A stretch of 59,918 nt of DNA from Mageeibacillus sp. UBA5436 (lineage in GTDB: Bacteria; Bacillota; Clostridia; Saccharofermentanales; DTU023), in contig DIRM01000040.1 of NCBI GenBank assembly GCA_002427545.1, positions 1 through 59,918 of the forward strand. The letters run 5' to 3'. The notes below the pieces were generated by a model. It did not search any database. It was not told the origin of the DNA and worked only from the letters and a program-made list of their open reading frames with translations. Positions 18,848 through 28,598 of this stretch are shown here, in pieces (the first letter of the stretch is position 1; every line of letters starts with the position of its first letter). Made by a program: the position numbers and the translations under genes.

Positions 18848-19910
18848 TGCCCAGCACCTCTATTAATAAGGCCTGTAATTCTGCCGCCGATTTCCAAACG
18901 ATACTTGCCTTACCAATATCTTCTAATAGAATTAATTCTATTCCGCCATCGTGTGCCTTTTTATCCATCATCATCGCTTGTAGCATTTCATTTGCAGAAA
19001 AGGGGCAATTTATTGGTAGACCATGAGCCGTTAATACTTTCTCTAATTGAGACTTACAATTAGATTCAAGTTTTGTTATCCCTATTCGTTCGCCTACAGT
19101 TGCCGCCAACATCATACCAATTGCTACCGCTTCGCCATGATTAAACTGCTCAAAATCACCTAATTTTTCAACAGCATGGCCAAAAGTATGACCATAATTT
19201 AATAACATGCGTTGTCCATTATCTCGTTCATCTGCCTGTACCGTATCGCTTTTTAAATAACAACATATTTCTATCAGCTCAGGCAGCCTATCTGTATTTT
19301 CCATTGAGGCCAACTCTTCAAATAATGATGGTGAAAATAATGCCCCGTATTTTATCATTTCGGACAAACCACAACGCCATTCTCGTTCAGGTAAAGTTTT
19401 TAATAAACTCGTGTCTGCAATGACCAATGATGGCTGCCAAAAAGTACCAACTAAATTTTTCCCTGCATTTAAATTCACTGCGGTTTTACCACCTACACTG
19501 GAATCTACCATGGCTAAAAGAGTCGTTGGTATCTGAATATAACGTACACCTCGCATCCAAATCGAAGCGGCAAAGCCTGCAAGATCTCCTATCACACCAC
19601 CACCAAAAGCTATAACAAGACCGTCTCGCCCAAGTCCATTTCCCGCGAAAAAATTTAATATTTTTTCTAATTCAGACAAAGATTTGCTTTTTTCTCCTGC
19701 TGGTACAAGTACCGTATTAAAAGTGATACTAGCAGCATTTAAAGAGCTTTCAAGAGCTGTTCCATGCAATTGCCAGACTGTCTCATCGCTTATTACTATG
19801 ACTTTGCCGTATGATCCTTGCAGGGCATTAGATAAAGTTTCTGCTAACAAATGAGGTCCAATCAAAATATCATATGATCTGTCCTCTAAAGGTACTATTA
19901 CTTTTTTCAT
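18840..19910 (-). CDS. aroB: 3-dehydroquinate synthase
   Basis: 356 aa. GGGVIGDLAGFAAS, PTTLLAMVDSSVGGKTAVN and HTFGHAVE...HGEAVAIGM. 8-nt overlap with aroA. Confidence 0.95.
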   Translation of the reverse strand: MKKVIVPLEDRSYDILIGPHLLAETLSNALQGSYGKVIVISDETVWQLHGTALESSLNAASITFNTVLVPAGEKSKSLSELEKILNFFAGNGLGRDGLVIAFGGGVIGDLAGFAASIWMRGVRYIQIPTTLLAMVDSSVGGKTAVNLNAGKNLVGTFWQPSLVIADTSLLKTLPEREWRCGLSEMIKYGALFSPSLFEELASMENTDRLPELIEICCYLKSDTVQADERDNGQRMLLNYGHTFGHAVEKLGDFEQFNHGEAVAIGMMLAATVGERIGITKLESNCKSQLEKVLTAHGLPINCPFSANEMLQAMMMDKKAHDGGIELILLEDIGKASIVWKSAAELQALLIEVLGNE

Positions 19911-20752
19911 CTTGTTAATATCTCCCGTTTATTATGTCCTGCAGTATTAAGCAAAGCAGTCAAAGTTACTTCGTCTTTTTCTAGAACCGCTATCCGTATC
20001 TGTTGCAAATCTTCAATATAAACATCCAAACAATCAAGCACATTTTTTTGATTTTCAAACAACATTTCAGTCCAGGCTTCTGCATTAATATCTGCAATGC
20101 GTGTGGCATCTTTAAAAGCTCCTGCCGTAAAAGCTAAATTCATATCTGGATGAAAATGAATACAAAGGCCAGCAGAAGCAATATGAATCAAATCGCTAGT
20201 GTAAGCAATAATGGCATCATGCAGTTCACAAGATACTTGTTGTATGCGGCTACAGCCAATATATTTCGCTATTTCTTCCATTAAATTAATAGCTTCTGAT
20301 GTTGAGGCAGGTGTAGGACAGATAAGCATACTACTATTTTGATAAAGCGATGCAGTTGCATTCTCAATACCATCTCGCTCTTTACCTGCCATAGGATGAA
20401 TTCCTACATAGGCAGCATCTTCTGGTAAAACAGGCATTATTTTTGCATATAAATCCTGTTTTACACCACAAATATCCGTAATAATAACACCAGGTTTTAA
20501 GCTTGCAATGCAACTTTTTAATAATTTGGGAATATGTTTTGCATATACAGAAAAAATAACAAGATCAGCATCTGTTACTCCTTCCAAAATATCATCAGTA
20601 GCATTGTCTACCATTCCTTCAGTTAATGATTTTTCTAATACGGCAGAATCTACATCTACCCCAGTGATATAGGATTCTTTAAAACCTTTCAAAGCCTGAG
20701 CTAATGATGCACCCATTAAACCTAAACCCACAATAGTTATTTTTACTTTCAT
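19907..20752 (-). CDS. tyrA: Prephenate dehydrogenase
   Basis: The ORF track starts at a TTG (20764). I prefer the ATG at 20752 (MKVKITIVGLGLMGASLA, a Rossmann GxGxxG), preceded by GGAG. HPMAG motif present. 4-nt overlap with aroB. Confidence 0.85.
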   Translation of the reverse strand: MKVKITIVGLGLMGASLAQALKGFKESYITGVDVDSAVLEKSLTEGMVDNATDDILEGVTDADLVIFSVYAKHIPKLLKSCIASLKPGVIITDICGVKQDLYAKIMPVLPEDAAYVGIHPMAGKERDGIENATASLYQNSSMLICPTPASTSEAINLMEEIAKYIGCSRIQQVSCELHDAIIAYTSDLIHIASAGLCIHFHPDMNLAFTAGAFKDATRIADINAEAWTEMLFENQKNVLDCLDVYIEDLQQIRIAVLEKDEVTLTALLNTAGHNKREILTR

Positions 20753-20762
20753 AGCTTTCTCC

Positions 20763-20796
20763 AAAAAAAAGGAAGGTTCATTTTCATGAACCTTCC
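20763..20796 (-). terminator. Intrinsic terminator in the aro operon leader (candidate attenuator)
   Basis: Minus strand: GGAAGGTTCAT-gaaa-ATGAACCTTCC (perfect 11-bp stem) followed by TTTTTTTT, then GGAG and the tyrA ATG. Confidence 0.8.
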
Positions 20797-20839
20797 GCTG
20801 ATAGTCTTAAGGTATTACTTACTATTATGTAAGCATAGG

Positions 20840-20947
20840 TCACATGAAACAATTTTGTTTTTCATAGCAAAAATAACGATAGCTAAATAAATAACTAAAG
20901 ATAAAGTCAAAAAAGAAATATGCTTTTTGCAAAAACAAAGATTTCAT
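20840..20947 (-). CDS. Candidate 35-aa Phe/Tyr-rich leader peptide of the aro operon
   Basis: Hand translation gives MKSLFLQKAYFFFDFIFSYLFSYRYFCYEKQNCFM, then TGA. SD gaaagg lies 6-7 nt before the ATG. The ORF sits between the promoter (21015-20987) and the terminator (20796-20763). It is too short to appear in the ORF track. Confidence 0.6.
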   Translation of the reverse strand: MKSLFLQKAYFFFDFIFSYLFSYRYFCYEKQNCFM

Positions 20948-20986
20948 GTATTACCTTTCTACTTTTAAATTTTTTAATTATTTGGG

Positions 20987-21015
20987 ATTATATATTGATA
21001 TGGGAAAAAATGCAA
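20987..21015 (-). promoter_or_regulatory. Sigma-A-type promoter of the aro leader/operon
   Basis: Minus strand: TTGCAT (21015-21010), 17 nt, TATAAT (20992-20987). Confidence 0.65.
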
Positions 21016-21044
21016 CAACAATATTTTTTATCTTCTTGTAATTA

Positions 21045-21084
21045 AAAAGACTGGGGGTCACTCTATTTAACCTCAGTCTTTTAA
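21045..21084 (-). terminator. Rho-independent terminator after lysS
   Basis: Inverted repeat AAAAGACTGGGG ... CCTCAGTCTTTT with flanking T/A runs, located 18 nt past the lysS stop. Confidence 0.7.
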
Positions 21085-21101
21085 TTCATATGTTCTTTAG
21101 T

Positions 21102-23051
21102 TTAATACAATTTTGCGCCAGCTGGTATTCGATCAGATACCATTAATAAGTTTAAAGCTTCCTCACCATCGTATTCATGTACAGCGGATATTATCATGCC
21201 GCATGAATCAATGCCCATCATTTTTCTGGGTGGTAAATTTACAATAGCTACTAAGGTTTTACCTATTAATTCTTCTGTTGAATAATACGTTTTTATCCCA
21301 CTAAGAATAACTCGATCTTCGCCAGAACCATCATCTAAAGTAAATTTCAGTAATTTTTTAGATTTTGGCACTTCTTCACAATTTAGTACTTTAACGACTC
21401 TAAAATCTGATTTTGAGAAGGTTTCAAAATCGACCATATCTTCAAATAATGGTTCAATTTTAATTTTAGATAAGTCAATTTTTTCTAATTCTACCTCGTC
21501 TTCATCTACGATATTATTATCGCTACTTTGTATGTTTTCTCCCCCTAAAGGTTTCATTGTCGGGAATAATAAAACATCACGAATGGTAGCAGAGTTAGTA
21601 AGGAGCATGACCAAACGGTCAATACCGATTCCCAGCCCACCTGTTGGCGGCATTGCATACTCCAAAGCTTCAACAAAGTCTTGATCTGGTAAAGCAGCCT
21701 CTTCATCGCCACTTTCACGTTTTTTCAATTGCTCAGTAAAACGTTCAGCCTGATCGCGTGGATCATTTAATTCTGAGTAGGCATTTCCGTATTCTGAACC
21801 ATTAATAAATATTTCAAAACGTTCTGTTAAACGCGGATCTGATTTTTTCTTTTTGGTAAGAGGCGAAATCTCAATAGGATAATCATAAATAAAAGTTGGT
21901 TGAATTAATTTTTCTTCACAAAATTCTTCAAAGAATAAATTAATAATTTCGCCGCGTACTTTACCTATTGCCAAATTTTCCAAGCCTTTTTCTTTAGCAA
22001 TTGCTAAGGCTTCTTCATCTGTATTTATTTGATCAAAGTCTACATCAGTAAATTTCTTAATAGCTTCAATCATACTCATTCTAGCAAAAGGTGGCGTTAA
22101 ATTAATTTCATGTTCATCAAAATTTATTTCAAGCGTATCATTTACTGCCAGACATGCGGACGAAATTAAATCTTCTGAAATTTCCATCATACCATGATAA
22201 TCCGTATAAGCTTGATACAATTCAATCATCGTAAATTCTGGATTATGTTTAGTGGACATGCCTTCATTACGGAAATTTCTACCAATTTCATAAACTCTTT
22301 CAAAACCACCTACAATCAAACGTTTTAAATAAAGTTCTGGTGAAATTCTTAAAAACAAATCCAAATTTAATGAATTATGATGCGTAATAAATGGTCTGGC
22401 TGAAGCACCGCCTGCAATTTGATTTAAGAGAGGAGTTTCCACTTCAATAAAATCTAGTTTTTCTAATTCATGTCGAATCGTAGAAATAATTTTGCTACGC
22501 TTTTCAAAGTTTACCTTTATTTCCGGATTCATAATCAAGTCTAAATATCGTTTACGATATCTTGTATCTGTATCCGTTAAGCCATGAAATTTTTCAGGAA
22601 GAGGTCGCAAACATTTACTTAAAAGACGATAACCCTCATTTCTTATTGAAATTTCACCTTTTTGAGTTGTAAAAACAATCCCATGAACTTCGACGATATC
22701 TCCTAAATCAAGATTTTGCCAAGCTTTATAATCAGATCCCTCTAAAGCATCAATTTTCGTAAAAATTTGGATTTTACCTTGACGATCAGCTAAATCAACA
22801 AAGCTAACTTTACCCATTCCACGTTTTGCCATTATTCGACCTGAAACATAAACTTCTTGATTTTCAAGTTCATTATAATGATCCAAAATTTCTTGAGTAT
22901 GATGACTTTGTTTTGCTGTTGTAATCCAAAAAGGATTATTATCCTTTTCTGCTAACTCTTCCAATTTATTGATGCGATTTAGAACCTGTTCTTGTATTTC
23001 GCCTTGCTCTTGAGGCTGTTTATTATGAGGTTTTCTGTCCTCTTGTATCAT
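21102..23051 (-). CDS. lysS: Lysyl-tRNA synthetase (class II) with appended C-terminal Trbp111/EMAPII-type tRNA-binding domain
   Basis: 649 aa. The LysRS core runs up to ...[11 protein letters not shown] (class II motifs [26 protein letters not shown]). A ~40-aa acidic linker follows, then about 108 aa ([27 protein letters not shown]...[21 protein letters not shown]) matching the MetRS C-terminal/CsaA tRNA_bind fold. Confidence 0.9.
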   Translation of the reverse strand: MIQEDRKPHNKQPQEQGEIQEQVLNRINKLEELAEKDNNPFWITTAKQSHHTQEILDHYNELENQEVYVSGRIMAKRGMGKVSFVDLADRQGKIQIFTKIDALEGSDYKAWQNLDLGDIVEVHGIVFTTQKGEISIRNEGYRLLSKCLRPLPEKFHGLTDTDTRYRKRYLDLIMNPEIKVNFEKRSKIISTIRHELEKLDFIEVETPLLNQIAGGASARPFITHHNSLNLDLFLRISPELYLKRLIVGGFERVYEIGRNFRNEGMSTKHNPEFTMIELYQAYTDYHGMMEISEDLISSACLAVNDTLEINFDEHEINLTPPFARMSMIEAIKKFTDVDFDQINTDEEALAIAKEKGLENLAIGKVRGEIINLFFEEFCEEKLIQPTFIYDYPIEISPLTKKKKSDPRLTERFEIFINGSEYGNAYSELNDPRDQAERFTEQLKKRESGDEEAALPDQDFVEALEYAMPPTGGLGIGIDRLVMLLTNSATIRDVLLFPTMKPLGGENIQSSDNNIVDEDEVELEKIDLSKIKIEPLFEDMVDFETFSKSDFRVVKVLNCEEVPKSKKLLKFTLDDGSGEDRVILSGIKTYYSTEELIGKTLVAIVNLPPRKMMGIDSCGMIISAVHEYDGEEALNLLMVSDRIPAGAKLY

Positions 23052-23136
23052 TATTTTCCCCTATTCTCTCTACTCTTCTATTTTCTCTATTAACAATCTT
23101 TTCGAATTAAGGATTCAAATTCAAAAGATAATCTAA

Positions 23137-23613
23137 TTATTTTTTAATTTCCAAAATTTCATATTGTATTTCACCAGATGGTGAACGAACGGTTACTGTT
23201 TGGCCAACTTCTTGCCCCATAATAGCAGAACCTACTGGTGATTCATTTGATATTTTGCTTTTAAAAATATCTTCTTCTTGTGGACCTACAATGGTATAGG
23301 TCATTTCTTCGTTTAATTCGAGATCTTTTAATTTAACAATCGAACCCAAAGTTACTTTTTTACTTGAGATAGATGTCTCGTCGATAATTTTAGCATGTTT
23401 TAAAATAACTTCAATTTCTGCAATTCGGCCTTCATTTTTGGCTTGCGCCTCTTTTGCATCATCATATTCTGAGTTTTCAGAAAGATCACCCAAGGCTCTA
23501 GCTTCTTTTAGACGTTCGGCAATTTCTATTGATAATTCTGTCTTACGTTTTTCAAGTTCATTTTGTAATTCTTTAACACCTTCATAGGTCATTTCATAAA
23601 CTTTTGCTGACAT
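23137..23613 (-). CDS. greA: Transcription elongation factor GreA
   Basis: 158 aa. N-terminal coiled coil with GDLSENSEYDDAKEAQ and a C-terminal FKBP-like domain (ISNESPVGSAIMG). Confidence 0.95.
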   Translation of the reverse strand: MSAKVYEMTYEGVKELQNELEKRKTELSIEIAERLKEARALGDLSENSEYDDAKEAQAKNEGRIAEIEVILKHAKIIDETSISSKKVTLGSIVKLKDLELNEEMTYTIVGPQEEDIFKSKISNESPVGSAIMGQEVGQTVTVRSPSGEIQYEILEIKK

Positions 23614-23701
23614 TGTTTTATCCTTTCTGATTATGATTTCATTTTTTTAAATGAAATTTAGAAATTTCATATTTCATAATCATCTATATTAGATCAAAAG
23701 A

Positions 23702-25210
23702 TTATATATTATAATCACTATCTTTTCTAATAACATCATGTGCACCACCTTCTACAATACTAGTAGGTGAAACAACAACTAAACGAGCTTTTTCTTTAAA
23801 CTCTTCTAAAGTAATCGAACCACAAGCACACATCGTCGCTTTAATTTTATTGGTCGAGCTTTCCACATTGTCTTTTAATTTTCCAGCATATGGTACATAA
23901 GAATCAACGCCTTCTTCAAATACCATTTTGCCTGAATGTTGTCCATCATCGTAGCGTTGCCAATTTCTGGCACGATTTGAACCTTCACCCCAATATTCTT
24001 TAACATAATTTCCATTAACCATTATGCGTTTAGTTGGGCTTTCATCAAATCTAGCAAAATAACGACCGAGCATCATGAAATCTGATCCCATCGCTAAAGC
24101 TAATGCCATATGATAATCATAGACAATTCCACCATCTGAACAAATAGGAACGTATACACCTGTTTCTTTAAAATAGCGATCACGTTCTTGAGCTACGGCA
24201 ATGACTGCTGACGCTTGACCACGACCAATCCCCTTTTGTTCTCTCGTAATACAAATTGAACCACCGCCAATACCAACTTTTATAAAATCAGCACCTGCAT
24301 TGACTAAAAAGCGGAAACCTTCTGCATCGACGACATTACCAGCACCAACATAAATATCGTCACCATATTTTTCTTTAATCCAAGTCAAGGTATCTTTTTG
24401 CCAATCTGAAAAACCATCTGATGAATCAATACATAAAACATCTGCACCAGCGTCAATTAAAACAGGAACTCTTTCTAAATAATCTCTCGTATTGATACCA
24501 GCACCAACTAGTAATCGTTTGTCTTTATCTAACATTTCATTTGGATTGGCTTTATGATTTTCATAATCCTTACGGAAAACTAAACTCGTTAATTTACCTT
24601 CTTTATCAACAACTGGCAATTGATTTAATTTATTTTCCCAGATAATATCATTGGCTTCAGAAAGAGTAATACCTTCTTCACCATAAATCATATTTTCAAT
24701 AGGGGTCATAAAATCTTTTACTTTTTCATCACCTTTAATTCTGGAAACACGATAATCTCTACTAGTTACAATACCTAGTAATTTACCTGTTGATGTTCCA
24801 TCAGAAGTGATCGGTACGGTTGAATGGCCTGTTTTTTCTTTTAATTTAATGACATCAGTTACTGTTGCTTCTGGTGGTAAATTAGTATCGCTAGGTACAA
24901 AACCTGCTTTGTATTTTTTCACCTTTCGAATCATTTCAGCTTGCGAATTGATTGGTTGCGAACTAAATATGAAAGACATACCACCTGATCTGGCTAAAGC
25001 AATTGCTAAATCATCATTTGAAACAGATTGCATAATAGCAGATGTAAAAGGGATATTTAAACTGATTGGTGATTCTTCCTCACCTTTGCGGTATTTAATT
25101 AATGGTGCTTTTAAAGACACATTATCTGGAATACATTCCTTTGAAGTTAAATTTGGGATGAGAAGATATTCACTAAAGGTACGTGATAATTCTGATTGAA
25201 TTGAAGCCAT
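23702..25210 (-). CDS. guaB: IMP dehydrogenase family protein with CBS pair
   Basis: 502 aa. TIM-barrel motifs [12 protein letters not shown] (catalytic Cys loop) and CSDGGI, with an inserted CBS region. The N-terminal region is somewhat atypical (MQSVS instead of MDTVT). Confidence 0.75.
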   Translation of the reverse strand: MASIQSELSRTFSEYLLIPNLTSKECIPDNVSLKAPLIKYRKGEEESPISLNIPFTSAIMQSVSNDDLAIALARSGGMSFIFSSQPINSQAEMIRKVKKYKAGFVPSDTNLPPEATVTDVIKLKEKTGHSTVPITSDGTSTGKLLGIVTSRDYRVSRIKGDEKVKDFMTPIENMIYGEEGITLSEANDIIWENKLNQLPVVDKEGKLTSLVFRKDYENHKANPNEMLDKDKRLLVGAGINTRDYLERVPVLIDAGADVLCIDSSDGFSDWQKDTLTWIKEKYGDDIYVGAGNVVDAEGFRFLVNAGADFIKVGIGGGSICITREQKGIGRGQASAVIAVAQERDRYFKETGVYVPICSDGGIVYDYHMALALAMGSDFMMLGRYFARFDESPTKRIMVNGNYVKEYWGEGSNRARNWQRYDDGQHSGKMVFEEGVDSYVPYAGKLKDNVESSTNKIKATMCACGSITLEEFKEKARLVVVSPTSIVEGGAHDVIRKDSDYNI

Positions 25211-25219
25211 ATTTTCCTC

Positions 25220-26869
25220 CTATTGATTCTTTTTATTTTTATTATATAGCATAGCGGCTTCTATAAAAGCTGCAAAGATTGGATGCGGTCTAACAGGTCT
25301 TGATTTAAATTCGGGATGCGAAATCATACCAATGTAAAATGGATGTTCTGGATATTCTACAGCTTCAATTAATTTACCATCTGGAGAAGTTCCCGAAAAA
25401 ACAAGACCAGCCTGTAATAAAGGCCCTTGCCATGCAGGATTAAATTCACGGCGATGATGATGTCTTTCTGAAGCATCTGTCCTTTTATATATTTTTGCTA
25501 AGCGGGTATCTGCCTGAATACTCATTGGATATGCACCCAATCGCATGGGTTGTTCTGTTAAAGGTATATTTTCAAGATTTTCTTTTTCCTCTTCTGTTAA
25601 ATCAGCATAATAAAATATGTCTGAACAATCTCTTTCGCATTCATCTGAATGTGCATCTTTAATACCTGCAACATTTCTAGCAATTTCAACAACACTCATT
25701 TGCATGCCAAGTCCCAAGCCTAAAAATGGAATTCTATTTTCTCTAGCATATTTTGCAGCAACTATCATACCTTCCATGCCTCTAGGTCCAAAACCACCAG
25801 GAATTAAAATGGCATCTGCTTCTGCAAAAATAATATCTAATTCCTCTTGAGTTTTATCTTCTAAAGTGTCGCTATCAATCCAAATGATTTCAGAATCACT
25901 ACCATGTTTGATGGATGCATGTAAAATAGCTTCTACACAAGATAAATAAGCATCTTGCATCTCGACATATTTGCCGACTAAAGCAATCTTAATTTTTTTG
26001 GTCATATATTGAATCTGTTCATTTAACAATTTCCAAGAACTCAAATCAGGTTCAACAAATTGCGCAATTTGTAATTGTTTGCATACCGCATTGGCAAATC
26101 CCTGTTTTTCAAAATATAAGGGCAATGCATAAACTGTAGGCATATCTAAATTTTCAATAACATTTTCAAGTTTAACATTACAAAAATTTGCAACTTTTCG
26201 ACGAACCGAATCATTGATAGGATGCTCTGATCGTAAAACCAAAATATCTGGTTGCACACCGTAAGATAACATTTTTTGAACACTATGTTGTGTAGGTTTC
26301 GTTTTCAATTCGCCTGGATTATTTAAATAAGGTAAAAGAGTAACGTGAATAAACAAACAATTTTCACGACCAACTTTATAACTAATTTGCCGTAAGGCTT
26401 CAATAAAAGGTGTACTTTCCATATCACCAATCGTGCCACCTACTTCGACAATGACTACATCAGTTGGTTGTTCACGGGCAACTTTAAACATATGCTCTTT
26501 TATCTCATTTATTATATGAGGTACAACTTGAACCGTACCACCATTATAATAACCTTCTCGTTCTCTTTGGATTACTTCTTGATATATCATGCCCGAAGTA
26601 ATATCAGATTCAGCTGAAAGGTTAACATCTGTAAATCTTTCATAATGACCTATATCAAGGTCTGTCTCTGCGCCATCTTCTGTAATAAATTTTTCACCAT
26701 GTTGAATAGGGCTCATCAAAGCCGTATCAACATTAATATACGGATCAAATTTTTGCGTCACTACACTTAATCCGCGAGCCTTTAATAAGGCACCTAAAGC
26801 AGCTGCTGTAATACCCTTTCCTAAACCAGAAACAACACCTCCAGTTACAAAAATATACTTTGTTGACAT
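25220..26869 (-). CDS. pyrG: CTP synthase
   Basis: 549 aa. MSTKYIFVTGGVVSGLGKGITAA N-terminus and a GATase domain with GLGLGMQ and HRHRRE-like HHHRREFN. Confidence 0.95.
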   Translation of the reverse strand: MSTKYIFVTGGVVSGLGKGITAAALGALLKARGLSVVTQKFDPYINVDTALMSPIQHGEKFITEDGAETDLDIGHYERFTDVNLSAESDITSGMIYQEVIQREREGYYNGGTVQVVPHIINEIKEHMFKVAREQPTDVVIVEVGGTIGDMESTPFIEALRQISYKVGRENCLFIHVTLLPYLNNPGELKTKPTQHSVQKMLSYGVQPDILVLRSEHPINDSVRRKVANFCNVKLENVIENLDMPTVYALPLYFEKQGFANAVCKQLQIAQFVEPDLSSWKLLNEQIQYMTKKIKIALVGKYVEMQDAYLSCVEAILHASIKHGSDSEIIWIDSDTLEDKTQEELDIIFAEADAILIPGGFGPRGMEGMIVAAKYARENRIPFLGLGLGMQMSVVEIARNVAGIKDAHSDECERDCSDIFYYADLTEEEKENLENIPLTEQPMRLGAYPMSIQADTRLAKIYKRTDASERHHHRREFNPAWQGPLLQAGLVFSGTSPDGKLIEAVEYPEHPFYIGMISHPEFKSRPVRPHPIFAAFIEAAMLYNKNKKNQ

Positions 26870-27043
26870 AGACTCTCCTCGTTCTAATAATAAGTTTTAA
26901 TGTATCTATTCATAATAGGATATAAATATATGTGAGATATAAACTTAATCTTAATTTAACTCATTTAATCATTCTAATTATTGCCATCTTCGATGTCAAT
27001 TTGTATTATTAATACATAACTTTTTAATCTTTAGGGGGCTATT

Positions 27044-28588
27044 ATGCATATTATCTTAAGCAATATCACTTTCTCCATGTTCGAAATGCTGTTTATTGTG
27101 ATAATTCCAATTCTATTAATTATCGCTGGCATTATTTATATAGCTTTGAGCCAAAAACAAATGAATCTCTTCCAAAAGGCTCTTCATAATGTCATTAATG
27201 ATATCAAAGATACAGAAGAATATTCTATAGAAAATACAATTTTATTAAAAGAAGCTGTAGATGATTCTGATTATCCATTATTAAGTGACGCTATCAATCA
27301 GACAATTGAAAATGGCAATAAAAAATATCAAGGAAAGTGGTTGCCAGAATTATCCGAAAGATTAAACACTGGTTTTTTAAGCTCTAAACAATTAAAAAGC
27401 TCCTTGAGTGATACGCCTGCCTTATTGATATTTTCTTGCGGCTTTATTGCTTCTCTAATCATGATTATTTTACCTTACATTAATCCTAATGTTTATAGCC
27501 AAAATTTAATTTTTTCTACATTGCCATTATTGGTTGCTGCCTTAATTTCTCTCTTTCTATTGAATCATAAAAATGTTTTATCTAAGAATATGAATATTGA
27601 AATCGATGATTTAAAGAAAAGCATTGAACAAATTATTCCTGTTTATTCAGATAAAGCTGGTCTTTCTTTATTGGTAAATGAAATGACAGAACATGAAAAT
27701 AAGATTGATGCTTCTTTGACAGAATTTAATCATCAATTAGATGAATTTGTTTCTGAAGATTTTCAAAATTCTTTAAATGATTCCATTCGTGAAATCATGG
27801 AAAAAGAAATTGCTCCACCAATCAACAAAGCTTCAGAAACATTATCCGATCTTGCTACTTCTTTAGCTGAGCAACAAGATCAAGGCATGTCGGAACTGGC
27901 TGAAAGTTTTTCAGAAAAATTAAATATTTCACTAAAAAATAATTTTGCTTCAATTACCAATGAATTGAGCTCTTTTAATGTATTAATGGAAGATACTACG
28001 AATTTCATTCATGATTCGATTGCCATACTAGAGAATTCACGTCAACAAAATATTCTTTTAAATCGTGAAGTGAGTGATTCAATTGAACTAATGACAGTAG
28101 CTAAAAATGATATTGCAAATGAAATGGCCAAAATGTCTGATTATTTAGAAGTGATAGCCAATGTTACTGAAAAGATGACTTCCGTTTATGCCGGTGAAGA
28201 CGCCAATTTAAAACAACAAATTGGCAGCTTGGAATTAGCTTTAAATAGTTCCTTAAATACAATTAATGAGAGTATTTATCAATCACAATCTACTATGTCT
28301 TTAAGTTCACAGTTAAAAGAAGAGCAACAAGCACAATATTCAGATATGATAGAAAAGATGAATTCTTTATTAGTAAATTTGAATACTGTCAATCAGTCCA
28401 TTCACGATACAACTGATAATTTTGCAATTGAATCAGGCAAATTGGTAAAAACAAGTCTTAATAATTATGAAAAAGCCTTATCTGATATTGTTGAAAGATT
28501 GATTTATACCACAGCTGAAATTAAAGACGCTGTTGAAGCCTTGCCTTTAGCTATCAATGCAAAATCAGATTATTTTGAGAAGAAATAA
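27044..28588 (+). CDS. Membrane protein: TM1, ~87-aa loop, TM2-TM3 hairpin, ~340-aa alpha-helical tail; unknown function
   Basis: 514 aa. SD aggggg lies 7 nt before the ATG. Hydrophobic segments at residues about 14-35, 124-146 and 155-176. The rest is Ser/Asn/Glu/Leu-rich with heptad-like periodicity. I recognise no catalytic motif. Confidence 0.45.
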   Translation: MHIILSNITFSMFEMLFIVIIPILLIIAGIIYIALSQKQMNLFQKALHNVINDIKDTEEYSIENTILLKEAVDDSDYPLLSDAINQTIENGNKKYQGKWLPELSERLNTGFLSSKQLKSSLSDTPALLIFSCGFIASLIMIILPYINPNVYSQNLIFSTLPLLVAALISLFLLNHKNVLSKNMNIEIDDLKKSIEQIIPVYSDKAGLSLLVNEMTEHENKIDASLTEFNHQLDEFVSEDFQNSLNDSIREIMEKEIAPPINKASETLSDLATSLAEQQDQGMSELAESFSEKLNISLKNNFASITNELSSFNVLMEDTTNFIHDSIAILENSRQQNILLNREVSDSIELMTVAKNDIANEMAKMSDYLEVIANVTEKMTSVYAGEDANLKQQIGSLELALNSSLNTINESIYQSQSTMSLSSQLKEEQQAQYSDMIEKMNSLLVNLNTVNQSIHDTTDNFAIESGKLVKTSLNNYEKALSDIVERLIYTTAEIKDAVEALPLAINAKSDYFEKK

Positions 28589-28598
28589 TTAATACAAT

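Noticed and set aside
20797-20960. T-box riboswitch as the explanation for the aro leader terminator
   Set aside because: Reading the minus-strand leader, I find no T-box consensus (AGGGTGGTACCGCG-like), no specifier-loop or Stem I features, and the leader is only ~190 nt. A translated F/Y-rich ORF fits better. An Rfam/Infernal scan would settle it.
24807-25199. 130-aa plus-strand ORF inside guaB. Similar antisense or overlapping ORFs: 1747-1929, 3302-3511, 4039-4248, 6315-6503, 6710-6934, 8529-8741, 11842-12027, 14911-15120, 15994-16191, 17449-17905, 18821-19063, 19427-19615, 25617-25850, 32224-32409, 34591-34800, 36183-37478, 38479-38712, 39803-39994, 42582-43042, 43755-44677, 44990-45298, 45788-46015, 46423-47147, 47709-47951, 48783-49211, 52946-53212, 53521-53745, 54042-54332, 56805-57569, 59382-59657
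   Set aside because: All lie within or opposite well-supported conserved genes, have no SD, and give low-complexity or hydrophobic translations with no motifs. They are shadow ORFs expected in AT-rich DNA or opposite coding strands.
26870-27043. pyrG leader attenuator (reiterative-transcription type as in B. subtilis)
   Set aside because: No terminator hairpin with a T-tract, and no GGGC-type initially transcribed sequence, could be identified by eye upstream of pyrG.
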